NCBI GenBank assembly: GCA_002269645.1
Contig: NIVC01000093.1
Span: 248,001 to 312,000, forward strand
Direction of reading: 5' to 3'
Source: Macrostomum lignano
Taxonomy: Eukaryota
Length of the DNA stretch: 64,000 bases
The notes under the pieces are model-generated. The model had not been told where the DNA came from. It made no database searches and worked only from the letters and a program-made list of their open reading frames with translations. This document shows positions 24,641 through 37,400 of this stretch, piece by piece (position 1 is the first letter of the stretch; every line of letters starts with the position of its first letter). The translations under genes were made by a program, and so were the position numbers.

Positions 24641-25029
24641 CCTTCCCCTGGCCTGCAGTCATGCACTAGGTTCCCTATCTGGCCCTTCAGGAAAGAAATT
24701 TTTCGACCTTTGGCACAATAATGAAGAAGTTTTTCAGTTTTTTAGAACTTAGTCTAATTCTCAAAATCTAGTTTAAGTACAATACATAAGTAATATAGGA
24801 GTCCACTCACAAGTTGGTTATTGAAAATTGTTAAAAATTGCTTTAAAAATTAAAATGCTAAAATTTCAATGGTTCTTATCTCTGCAGTGTACTGGTATCC
24901 TACGGACGGATTTTTCACGATAAAATTATTGGCCTGCGCCCATGTATGCTGCTACAATCGTATTTATGCTACGGAGTTATACGGCTATTATATATATTGC
25001 TATTGTTTTACTAGGGACGGCTGGAATTG

Positions 25030-25043
25030 ACAGGCAGTCAGGC

Positions 25044-25084
<41 letters not shown>

Positions 25085-25107
25085 GGCAGACAGACAGACA
25101 GACAGGC

Positions 25108-25140
<33 letters not shown>

Positions 25141-25141
25141 C

Positions 25142-25209
<68 letters not shown>

Positions 25210-25299
25210 GCAGACAGACAGACAGACAGACAGACAGATAGATAGACAGACAGACAGACAGGCAGATAGACAGACAGACAGACAGACAGGCAGTCAGGC

Positions 25300-25346
<47 letters not shown>

Positions 25347-25362
25347 GACACAGGCAGACAGG
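25030..25362. repeat. (GACA)n microsatellite
   Basis: Read directly. Confidence 0.96.
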
Positions 25363-26158
25363 CATACGAGCCTCACTGAATCAAAGACAAGAAAGATTTT
25401 GAATAATATATACCAGGGCGCTGATGTCGGTCGATCAAATGAACGTCCCCTCAGATTTTAAAACGAGTGTATTGCAAGTTGGAACCAAATAAGTACATAT
25501 AGTCCAACATTGTCACGGTCCGTTTCTCGGCCGACTTGTACAGTATTTACAAATACGCTTAGCGGAGCTGTCTTTTTAAAGTGCAATAAATGTACTTTAT
25601 CAAGGAGTCTCTCGTGATATGATTTTTTTATGAAAATGAAAAGCGATAAAAATACAAGAGATGAATAGAAATGTACACTTTGATAAAATTCGGCACATTT
25701 ACCATACACAAAGCCGAAAGACATAAAGCTTTAGTAATAAAATATATCATTCGACTTGAGGCTTTAGCTAAGCATAACTATAAAAACATAGTTATAATGC
25801 AAGCAGGGGATAATTTTAGAAAAAGAAGTTTTTTTAAAAAGGCATAATTAATAAACGGCCCATCTACTCCAGCGTTACAAAACAAAACGAATTGGCTACG
25901 TATTCAAACTCGCGCGAAAAATTAACAAAATTACGTGTTTATGTCCAGTTAAATTTAGTTAAAAACAAAATTTAATTTAATTTAATTTTAAAACCAATAA
26001 ATAAATAACAAAATAAAAGTTCTATTTTTATCGTGAATATATACTAGTTATATTAATTTTTTAAGAAAATAAATATATGATGAAAATTTGTTTAACTGTG
26101 TTGGCTTTTCTTTAATGATTTTTCGGATTGTAAAATGCGATTTTTTAAATCAAAATAT

Positions 26159-28580
26159 TCACCGCGGATAAAACGAAGTTGCCTCTTGAATGCGCTCAGC
26201 CGGCAGCCTCAGTGCCGCCAAACCGCCGATCAGTCGGTCCCGCTGCAGTCGGCCGTCGATCCGGTCGCGCCAATCGTTGAATTCGCTTCGATGCGCGGCG
26301 AACACGGTCACCAGCCAGATGACGCAAGTCAGCAACATGAGCAACACTCCGCAGACCATAGCGGCCAGAGTGTCGAACTCCAACCTGACACAAGTTGCAT
26401 TCGGATACGTTGAAGCCAGATTTCCGTTGGCGATTAATCGACGTCCATCCGATTCTTTGAAATGCAGCCAGGTAAAAGCGCCACTGGGTGCGAAGAGCAG
26501 CACTGAATAGGCAACGTCTGAGAACAAATCAATGCGACGCTTGCTAATGAGGCGGTTCAGGTATTGCAGCACCTGTCGGCACAGGATGCGAGGACCAGAT
26601 GGGCGCTGTTGACTACGCATAATAGGATAGGCCGCTCCGCACAGCTCACAGGAAGTTGTCTGGCCAATTGTGACAAAAAATCGATAAAGCAATTTACTGT
26701 TTACCTTTGTGATCTTGGAAGAAGCTTTGATTTCGAAACTCATTCCCGAAGCCGTGATAAGGGACTTTATTCCCCTAGATCTATATGCAATGAGGGAATT
26801 AATTCCCCACTTGGCAATAAGGGAATTAATTCCCCACCTGGTAATGAGGGAATTAATTTCCCACGCTGTAATGAGGGAATTCATTCCCAAGCTATAATGA
26901 AGGAGTTTATTCCCAAAGGTATAATGAGGGAGTTTATTCCCCCAGCTGTATTGAGGTACTTTATTCCACAAGCTGTACTACACGTAAGAGAGTTTAACCT
27001 CAAAGCTGTAATGAGGGGGGAATTTTTTCCATAAGCTATAATGACGGAGTTTATTCCCCAAACTATAATACGAGAATTTATTCCCTAAGCTGTAATGAAG
27101 GGGTATTTATTTCCCAATCTATATTGCGGGAATTTATTTCCTAAGCTTTAATGAGGGAATTTATTCTCCAAGCTGTAATGAAGGGGTATTTATTTCCCAA
27201 TCTATATTGCGGGAATTTATTCCCTAAGCTTTAGTGAGGAAATTTATTTTCCAAGCTGTACTGAGGGAGTAATTTATTCCCAGCCCAATCGCCCAAGCTC
27301 AGCAATATATTTCTAAAACTTCGAGTACTGTAAGAGGCGGGAAACTCACTCAACAAGCTCAACTATAATAAACAAAAGTATATGTACGAGTATGTTACTG
27401 CTATAAAAATACATATAGCAAAATATGAAAACAAAATTCAGTCTGTACCCGCGACTTGCGCAACCATCTGACCAAGCAGCCGGCGTGAGTGTAAGCTATG
27501 GAGCCGGTGCATCTGCACAGGTTCAACAGTGGATCGGAGTCACCGATGCCGTTGTGACAGCTACTAGGCTGTTGATGTACACCCAACCGCTTCCCGGTGC
27601 AATCGCCGTTGCTGTTTTCGCCTGCCTCATCGATGCTGTCGCAGTCCAACAGATCCGACTGCTCGCCTTGATGTGAAAAGTACATGCAGACAGTAAGCTA
27701 TGTAGTCTATCACATGTACACGTGTGCTGAAGGGATGGGATGAAGGATTGAGGGGAAGGGATGAAGGGTTGAAAGGAAGGGATGAAGGGTTGAAAGGAAG
27801 GGATGAAGGGTTGAGGGGAAGGGATGAAGGGTTGAAAGGAAGGGATGAAGGGTTGAAAGGAAGGGATGAAGGGTTGAAAGGAAGGGATGAAGAGTTGAGA
27901 GGAATGGATGAAGGGTTAAGAGGAAGGGATAAAGGGTTGAGAGGATAATGGATGAAGGGGTGAGAAAGGAATGAATGTGTGGGATGAAGGGATTAAAGGT
28001 TGAGAGAAAGGGATGAAGGGATGAGAGGAAGGGATGAAAGGTTGAGAGGAAGGGATGAAGGTTTGAGAGGAAGGGATGAAAGGTTGAGAGGAAGGGATGA
28101 AGGTTTGAGAGGAAGGGATGAAATGTTGAGAGGAAGGGATGAAGGTTTGAGAGGAAGGGATGAAATGTTGAGAGGAAGGGATGAAGGGTTGAGATTAAGG
28201 GATGAAGAGTAGTTGAGAGGAAGGGATGAAGGGATGAGGAGTTGAGAGGAAGGGATGAAGGGTTGAGAGGAAGGGATAGAAGGTTGAGAGGGAAAAACAT
28301 ACATGTAAAGGGTTGAGAAAGGGATGAAGTGTTCAGAGGAAGGGATGAATGGTTGGGGGAAGGGATTAAAGGTTGAGAAAGTGAGATCAAGGGTCGAAAA
28401 GGGTTCATTAAAATTTTCACAACTAAGGAGAAAAACTAAAACTAAAAGCACCTTTAAAAGTACATCCCTAATTGGCATTAAACAAAACACACCGCTCTTA
28501 CCGGCTGCTGCGTGACAGATGCGGCAGACAGCATCCGAGTCAATAATTGCAGTTGTTAGCTGTGATGAAAATTCGGTCAT
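26159..28580 (-). CDS. MARCH-family RING-CH membrane E3 ubiquitin ligase; exons 28502-28580, 27449-27666, 26159-26659; about 265 aa
   Basis: Spliced product has CRIC...[30 protein letters not shown] (C4HC3 RING-CH) followed by two hydrophobic helices. GT-AG introns, phases 1 and 0. Confidence 0.85.
26745..27285. repeat. About 27-bp minisatellite (gctgtaatgagggaatttattccc), MARCH intron 2
   Basis: Read directly. Confidence 0.9.
27728..28380. repeat. 21-bp minisatellite (gggatgaagggttgagaggaa), MARCH intron 1
   Basis: Read directly. Confidence 0.93.
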
Positions 28581-29249
28581 TTTGCGATTTGAGCTCTCTT
28601 TTTAAGTCGGTGTGGACGGACCGATTTACAATTTGTTATAATGTCTTTAATTAAAGATTATAAAGTTCTTTAAAAAGCTAGACTGCCATAGACTTTTATG
28701 ACCCAAGGGTTCAAAAAAATTCTGAACAAAAGCCCTATTCTACTCTATGTCTACTCTAGATTTTTCAGTGAGTAGTTTGTCTGCGCATTGTCATTATAAT
28801 TTCATGTGGCAGCTAAAATTTATTTCACAGCCTGATTACTTGGATTTGAAAACAATTGGAACTCTTCCTCAGCTACAGAATATTTTGTATTATGTAAATA
28901 TGTATATAGATGAAGCCAGTAAAGTTTAAATATATTAATAGATATATGTATATTTATTTAAATCGACTCAAGCTAAATAGAAAAACTTGAAACAAGCAAG
29001 AGAAACGGTGACTATTGAACAGCAGTGACGGCTTGCTTAGCATAGAGGCAGATAGAGGCCGATTAAAAAGCAATAAATTCGGATTTAATATTGTAGAACA
29101 ACACAAGAAGCTGTGACAAACGATTACAATGGACAGATATTCAGACTGACAGGTGTACATACGATGAAAACAAAGACGGAAGGATACAGATACAGAGAAG
29201 ACAAGACAGGTGGACAGACAAAGAATAAGAAAGGTAGAAAGACTGACAG

Positions 29250-29409
29250 ACAGACAAGTAGACAGAAGGACTGGCAGACAGAAAGACACACACAGACAAA
29301 GACAGACAGACAGAAAGACAGACGGACAGACAGACAGAAAGACAGACGGACAGACACGTAGACAGACAGACAGACAGACAGACAGATAGATAGATAGACA
29401 GACAGACAC

Positions 29410-29446
<37 letters not shown>

Positions 29447-29523
29447 TACAGACAGACAGACAGACAGATAGATAGACAGACAGACACAGACAGACAGACA
29501 GACAGATAGATAGACAGACAGAC

Positions 29524-29608
<85 letters not shown>

Positions 29609-29625
29609 TAGATAGACAGACAGAC

Positions 29626-29696
<71 letters not shown>

Positions 29697-29706
29697 CAGA
29701 CAGACA
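29250..29706. repeat. (GACA)n microsatellite with GATA/GACACA interruptions
   Basis: Read directly. Confidence 0.95.
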
Positions 29707-30677
29707 CAATATTAATGTATTGCACAATGCTAGAATACACCGCTGATTAGTCCGGGAAGCAATTAATAGCATCAGAAACTGGATTTACAGCATAGCAAAT
29801 AAGCAGCCAGGTAACAGATTATAGAGCGCATGCATAATGATATAAATAGGTTTATAACAGACACAGAGACCAAATCAATGCTTTTACAGGCATCGTAAAA
29901 TTGACTCAAGTTTTGTATAAAAAACCTAAGTTATATAACATTAACAAATCATTTCAAATAGCTACATAATACTAGCATGTAAAACAGACTAGCCTTACTA
30001 CTTACAGCAGCAATAATCAGTCCACTTATCAAATTTTGCCATTACGAGAATTGCACAAGCAGATGTGGTAAACTGCAAAAATTTACAGAGGCTATCAGGA
30101 CTTATTTCAATACAATAGTAGTAACATAAGTAGTATATGGATGCAAATATGGGTAAAATGACAGGAAAAATGTTTATTGATAAAGAAAAATATCACTCAA
30201 AAATTAAAAAGCATTGCCGATTATAAAAAACAAACAGTAGTAGCATATAGTCCACATGTAAGTAGTGTTAATGCAAAAATACAATCAAAAATACTTTAGT
30301 TAATGAAAAAAAATTAATCGTTAACTGATTCAAGTTTTTGAAATTAATGCACAATAAATTAATATTATATTGCAATTACTGCGTATTAGCAGGCCAATTA
30401 TGTCATTAACTAATGAAATTATGAAAAATAAGTCTTCATAAATTTTCCAAGAAACGAATGGGGAATTTCTGACACCCCTTTCAATCCTAATTCCTAAAGT
30501 AAACAAAATTTTGAAGCAGCAAAGTTCTTCTTTCTAAGAAATTCAAGCTGGTTTATTTTGAAACGCATTGCAATGCTACTGACAGTCTGACAGCCAATAC
30601 AAAAAGCAATGGTTTGTTCTTACAGAAACATATTTTTGTTTTTAATCAAAACTTTCAAGGCGGCTTTCTCAGGACAG

Positions 30678-31200
30678 CCTCCACCTGTAGCAACCAACTT
30701 CTCCCATGGCTTGAGCATGCCTGTCATCTCCACCTGTAGCAACCCACTTCTCCCATGGCTTGAGCATCCCGTCATCTCCGCCTGTAGCAACCCACTTCTC
30801 CCATGGCTTGAGCATCCCGTCATCTCCACCTGTAGCAACCCACTTCTCCCATGGCTTGAGCATGCCTGTCATCTCCACCTGTAGCAACCCACTTCTCCCA
30901 TGGCTTGAGCATGCCGTCATCTCCACCTGTAGCAACCCACTTCTCCCATGGCTTGAGCATGCCTGTCATCTCCACCTGTAGCAACCCACTTCTCCCATGG
31001 CTTGAGCATCCCGTCATCTCCGCCTGTAGCAACCCACTTCTCCCATGGCTTGAGCATCCCGTCATCTCCGCCTGTAGCAACCCACTTCTCCCATGGCTTG
31101 AGCATCCCGTCATCTCCACCTGTAGCAACCCACTTCTCCCATGGCTTGAGCATCTCGTCATCTCCACCTGTAGCAACACACTTCTCTCATGGCTTGAACA
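30678..31200. repeat. 48/49-bp minisatellite, about 11 copies, just downstream of the CYFIP stop
   Basis: Unit ccacctgtagcaacccacttctcccatggcttgagcat(c/gc)c(c/t)gtcatct. Confidence 0.95.
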
Positions 31201-31458
31201 TCCTTGAGAAAACTGTCGGTTTTTATATTGGCTGTCAGTTTCACTGTCAGACTGTCAGTGGCATTGCGATGCTTTATCAAACGGTATACAAAACTATCCT
31301 TAGAAAGAAGAAATGTCCCACTTGAAAGTGACACCAAATTTGTGCCAGCAGCCGTCTCCCGTGTTTGCTCTGGGATTGAAAGTGTCTCAGAGCATTCACA
31401 ATTATCTCATTTTCACCGTGAGTTGGTCATATAAAACAGCTATCAATCATAGCTCTAG

Positions 31459-34400
31459 TTAGTTATCGGCAGGCAGCTGATAGCGGGGACAATCGTAGCA
31501 GCGCACCTGAACTACCGGACCGCCGACACCGCCGGTCGCGCCGCCGTCGGGTCCAGCCGTTGCGTCGCGTTGCGGTCTAACGTACCGGTCCAGCGTGGCC
31601 AAAATCTGCGCATTCAATATTTGAAATTTTCTAATCCTATCCGCCATGCGCTTCAACGAGAAACCCTGGCGTTGGTCGTCTTTCTGATCGAATTTGTTCG
31701 CCTTCAACAGGTGATAGGAATAGTCCAACAGTTCGAAGCGACGCTCTTCTCCTAGTAGCACTAGCAGGCAGCAGCCCGCCCATTGGAGACCTTCGCCGTA
31801 CAGCTCTTCCACCTGGGGCAGGGGGCATGAGGGGGGGGGGTCGAAGGTCTGGCCAAGGTAAGTCGCAAAAGTGCCGACCCGAAAAATACAAATGATAGTA
31901 CTAACTAGATGACGAGGCATTCAGCATTAATATTCCAGTTATAGTTACTCCTGCCGATTACCCAAAATTACAGTTGATTTTGCTTTAGGGTTTCTTTCAT
32001 AGGTGCACGAGCGGGATGAAAAGTCGAAGTTTGGTATGTACACGCCTGACGATTAGAAAGTCAAAGGAGCCGATTTACACCCTGTGTGAGCGTGTGTATG
32101 AGTGCGTGTCTACGTACAGTATTGGCTGGGGTTGCGCATAGGCATAGCCCTGCTGCAATTATTACTTTTTGTTACTATGGTAACCGGGACAGGTGTATAA
32201 CAATTTACAACTATCTATGACTATTATGACCATTATGACTGTTTTTCGGTCATTTATCCGCACTGATAACATATCGAGTTGGGGCTAATGACCTTTTATG
32301 CTTATACTGCATGCAGAAACTAACTGCCATGCTGCCAACTAGCGAAAGTGCAACTGATATAAACTGTATAGAAGTGACTAAATTACACTAATTTACAATA
32401 AAATTCGCCACACAAGCATTTAGTAAGAATTGAAATGTGCATTATTAATACCAATAGCTGAAAATATAGTAACAAACCTTGAGATAAAATTACGCTTGAA
32501 ACCTGAAATTCACTTACTGTTAGCTCTATCCCAGTCTCTCTTAAGCCCTTCATACAGTAATAAGTGTTGATTAAAATCTGATTCACCAGCAATGCGCCTT
32601 TTAACTCTGCGGGAAAGCAGGAAAAATGCTGTCTAAACTGTGCGCACATATAATTATACGATTGTATACACCAAAGCCTTGTAACTGCCAGCCAAGCAGC
32701 AGAACCGCCCCGAAACATTGCTATTAGCCAAGCATATTATTTGTCTATTTGAAATTTTGTCACAATTTTCATCTTGGTTTTGCTTTGAAAATAGGTAAAG
32801 CATGAATAGAATAAATAAGCATGAGGGCAGATAAAAGACAGCAGACAGAGACATAGAGACACTCAGACTGACACAGACTGACTGACAGACAAGGACAGAC
32901 AGACAGACTGACAGACACAGACAGACTGTCTGACAGACAGTCAGTCAGGCAGGCAGACAGTCAGTCAGACAGGCAGACAGTCAGTCAGACACAGACAGGC
33001 AGGCAGACAGACAGACAGACAGACACAGACAGACAGACAGACAGACACAGACAGGCAGGCAGACAGACAGACAGACACAGACAGACAGACAGACAGACAG
33101 ACAGGCAGGCAGACAGACAGACAGACAGACAGACACAGACAGACAGACAGACAGACAGACACAGACAGGCAGGCAGACAGACAGACACAGACAGGCAGGC
33201 AGACAGACAGGCACACAGACAGACAGACAGACACAGACAGACAGACAGACACAGACAGACTGACTGACTGACACACAGTCAGACACAGACAGGCAGGCAG
33301 ACAGCAAGCCAGCAACAAGCCAGCACTTACAGTGAACTCTCCCTCCTTCGGCGGTATGCAATAGGCGAACTGCATGGCAGACCAGACCCGGTGGTACTCC
33401 TGGCACTCGTCAACAAACATCACGCCGTTGCGAGGCTGCTCGGCTGGCAGCCAGCGATTCCCGGGCGCCGAGTTGAGCATCTCGCGAACCCTGCTGAGCA
33501 CAGTCTCAAAGATGCACAGACCGCAGCACAGTCGCTCCTTAGTTAAAAGGTCGCAATCGTACACAGCCTTAGCCAGCTGGTGTCCGTCTGGCAGCACCCT
33601 CTCGGTGACTTTCAGCACGCTCAGGGGAGCGAATTTCGTTTGCAATCGCTTCATCTGGCGGCTGGTCTCTTCTTCTCGGTGTCGCCGCAACTCCTGGCCG
33701 GATCTGCATGTGGGAGGGGGATTAAGCGATCCCTGAAGGCCTGAAGTTCACGAATGACCCATCAAAGAGTGCCTGAAGTTCACAAATGACCCATCAATGA
33801 GTGCTTGAAGTTCACGAATGACCCATCAAAGAGTGCCTGAAGTTCACAAATGACCCATCAATGAGTGCTTGAAGTTCACAAATGACCCATCAATGAGTGC
33901 CTGAAGTTGACAAATGACCCATCAATGAGTGCCTGAAGTTCATAAATGACACATCAATGAGTGCCTGAAGTTCATAAATAATCTATCAATGAGTGCCTGA
34001 AGTTTATAAATGATCCATCACTGAGTGCCTGAAGTTCATAAATGACCCATCAATGAGTGCCTGAAGTTCATAAATGATCCATCAATGAGTGCCTGAAGTT
34101 GACAAATGACACATCAATGAGTGCCTGAAGTTCGTAAATAATCCATCATTGAAGGCCGGGAGTTCGAATCCTATAATGACCCACCACACTAAAGCTCAAA
34201 TTCCAAAAATGACTTAACTACCGAAGTTCGACTTTAAAAAATGAAAATAAAAATAAAGAATAGACAGCATCGCATATCAGCAGCACCTGTCGCCCTTCTC
34301 CTTCGGCGGCGGCACAAACGGTTTGGGAATTGTCTCTTGAAAAGCGGCTGCATGCTTCAGATCGCACACCTCCTCAACAGTGAGACTCTGCTCCATCATC

Positions 34401-37400
34401 AGGCAAGCGAGAACGGTATTGCCGAATTCGCGGAAGGCTTGAAACACTTCAGTGCGCAGGTCCGGATGAGCAACGATAGGCCTCAGCTGAGCACAGTAGT
34501 AACCAAGGATGCCCGGGCTTGTGTAATCAAACCGCTGCAGCTTGCACTCTTTCGGCATTAGCTTGCGCAACTCGGTGAGGTAGGCGCACAGCGTGTTGTC
34601 AAGGAGGCCGCGTACCGCTTTCAGCATCTCGCTGACGATGGTGCCGATACCGTTGTAGCCAAGTAGGCGGCACATCGCGGAGAAGTGCGGCGGCCCAACG
34701 AATCTGAGAGGGAGAAGTGTGCTCAAATGTAAGCTATTTAGAATCTGGAAGGCTGGCCCAGCAACTGAGGATCTGAGAGGCTAGTGGCCCAGCAACTGAG
34801 GATCTGAAAGGCTAGTGGCCCAGCAACTGAGGATCTGGGAGGCTGGCCCAGCAACTGAGGATCTGAGAGGCTAGTGGCCCAGCAACTGAGGATCTGGGAG
34901 GCTGGCCCAGCAACTGAGGATCTGGGAGGCTGGTGGCCCAGCAAATGAGGATCTGAAAGGCTGGTGGCCCAGCAACTGAGGATCTGAGAGGCTAGTGGCC
35001 TAGCAACTGAGGATCTGAGAGGCTGGTGGCCCAGCAACTGAGGATCTGAGAGGCTGGTGGCCCAGCAAATAAGGATCTGGGAGGCTGGCCCAGCAACTGA
35101 GGATCTGAGAGGCTAGTGGCCCAGCAACTGAGGATCTGAAAGGCTAGTGGCCCAGCAACTGAGGATCTGGGAGGCTGGCCCAGCAACTGAGGATCTGGGA
35201 GGCTGGTGGCCCAGCAAATGAGGATCTGAAAGGCTGGTGGCCCAGCAACTGAGGATCTGAGAGGCTAGTGGCCTAGCAACTGAGGATCTGAGAGGCTGGT
35301 GGCCCAGCAACTGAGGATCTGAGAGGCTGGTGGCCCAGCAAATAAGGATCTGGGAGGCTGGCCCAGCAACTGAGGATCTGAGAGGCTAGTGGCCCAGCAA
35401 CTGAGGATCTGAAAGGCTAGTGGCCCAGCAACTGAGGATCTGGGAGGCTGGCCCAGCAACTGAGGATCTGAGAGGCTAGTGGCCCAGCAACTGAGGATCT
35501 GGGAGGCTGGCCCAGCAACTGAGGATCTGGGAGGCTGGTGGCCCAGCAAATGAGGATCTGAAAGGCTGGTGGCCCAGCAACTGAGGATCTGAGAGGCTAG
35601 TGGCCTAGCAACTGAGGATCTGAGAGGCTGGTGGCCCAGCAACTGAGGATCTGAGAGGCTAGTGGCCCAGCAACTGAGGATCTGAAAGGCTGGTGGCCCA
35701 GCAACTGAGGATCTGAGAGGCTAGTGGCCTAGCAACTAAGGATCTGAGAGGCTGGTGACCCAGCAACTGAGGATCTGAGAGGCTGGTGACCAGCAACTGA
35801 GGATCTGAGAGGCTAGTGGCCTAGCAACTAAGGATCTGAGAGGCTGGTGGCCCAGCAACTGATGATCTGGGAGGCTGGTGGCCCAGCAACTGAGGATCTG
35901 AGAGGCTGGTGGCCTAGCAACTGAGGATCTGAGAGGCTGGTGGCCCAGCAACTGATGATCTGGGAGGCTGGTGGCCCAGCAACTGAGGATCTGAGAGGCT
36001 GGTGGCCCAGCAACTGATGATCTGGGAGGCTGGTGGCCCAGCAACTGAGGATCTGAGAGGCTGGCCCAACAACTGAGGATTTGAGAGGCTATGGTAGGTC
36101 AGACTTGAGGGTAGCAGCAGATCAACCAAGGGCCCATTCACCGCATCAACCACAATGCCACAAACCTGTCATACAGCCCCAGCACGGCGCCGAAGGCCTT
36201 ATTCAATCGAGCATTGCCAAAGAGGAGTTCGTCCTGCATGTCCTTAGGAAAGGGCGCCCGCTCTACAGATTCGGACGCCATGGACAGTGTAGACTTGACA
36301 AAACGGCCAGTGCTGCTATTATAGCAGTAGTGCGGCACAAAATCCAGCTGCAATTCCCAGAAGCAGTGCAGCGTCACTTTGCCGCACGACGCTGTGACTT
36401 CTTCGTTGGCTTCGCTAAACAGCTGATCGAAATCGTCAAGCTGAAGTCCGGCCTCTTGCAGCAGCTTGTGAGTGAGGCGGGACACCTCAATCAGCTGTTC
36501 CAGCTCGATCACTCCTTGAAAAAATTAAGAAAATAAAATATTCCAGATAAGGTCACAGTGAAGCACCGAAAGACGAAAGCGGGTCACAGTGAAACCCCGG
36601 AAGATGAAAGAAAGCGGGTCACAGTGAAGCACCGGTAAAGGAAAGAAGTGAAGCGGGTCACAGTGAAGCACCGGTAAAGGAAAGAAGTGAAGCGGGTCAC
36701 AGTGAAGCACCGGTAAAGGAAAGAAGTGAAGCGGGTCACAGTGAAGCACCGGTAAAGGAAAGAAGTGAAGCGGGTCACAGTGAAGCACCGGTAAAGGAAA
36801 GAAGTGAAGCGGGTCACAGTGAAGCACCGGTAAAGGAAAGAAGTGAAGCGCGTCACAGTGAAGCACCGGTAAAGGAAAGAAGTGAAGCGGGTCACAGTGA
36901 AGCATCGGTAAAGGAAAGAAGTGAAGCGGGTCACAGTGAAGCACCGGTAAAGGAAAGAAGTGAAGCGGGTCACAGTGAAGCACCGGTAAAGGAAAGAAGT
37001 GAAGCGGGTCACAGTGAAGCACCGGTAAAGGAAAGAAGTGAAGCGGGTCACAGTGAAGCACCGGTAAAGGAAAGAAGTGAAGCGGCTCACAGTGAAGCAC
37101 CGGTAAAGGAAAGAAAGCGGGTCACAGTGAAGCACCGGTAAAGGAAAGAAAGCGGGTCACAGTGAAGCACCGGTAAAGGAAAGAAAGCGGGTCACAGTGA
37201 AGCACCGGTAAAGGAAAGAAAGCGGGTCACAGGGAAAGACCGGCCCGATGAAAACGGTACCTAGGCCAACAATCGTCCCAGAGTTTCTTGCATCGCCCCA
37301 GAGTCGTTGCAGGTAAAACAGGAAAAAAAGTGATTTTTAAACGACTCTAAAACGACGAGATGTCCGGATACAAGTCGCCTAAAAGTCGTCCAAGAATCAC

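Noticed and set aside
28954-29772. SVCL/RQTD-repeat ORFs here and at 14000-14500, 24950-25380 and 32965-33400
   Set aside because: Products of (GACA)n tracts.
34150-34180. B-box-like GGAGTTCGAATCC next to the 32-bp satellite
   Set aside because: No A box or cloverleaf; too short to call a tRNA or SINE.
34738-36153. [12 protein letters not shown]-repeat ORFs here and at 53409-53988
   Set aside because: Intronic minisatellite; removing it restores CYFIP and the Hook-like frame with canonical splice sites.
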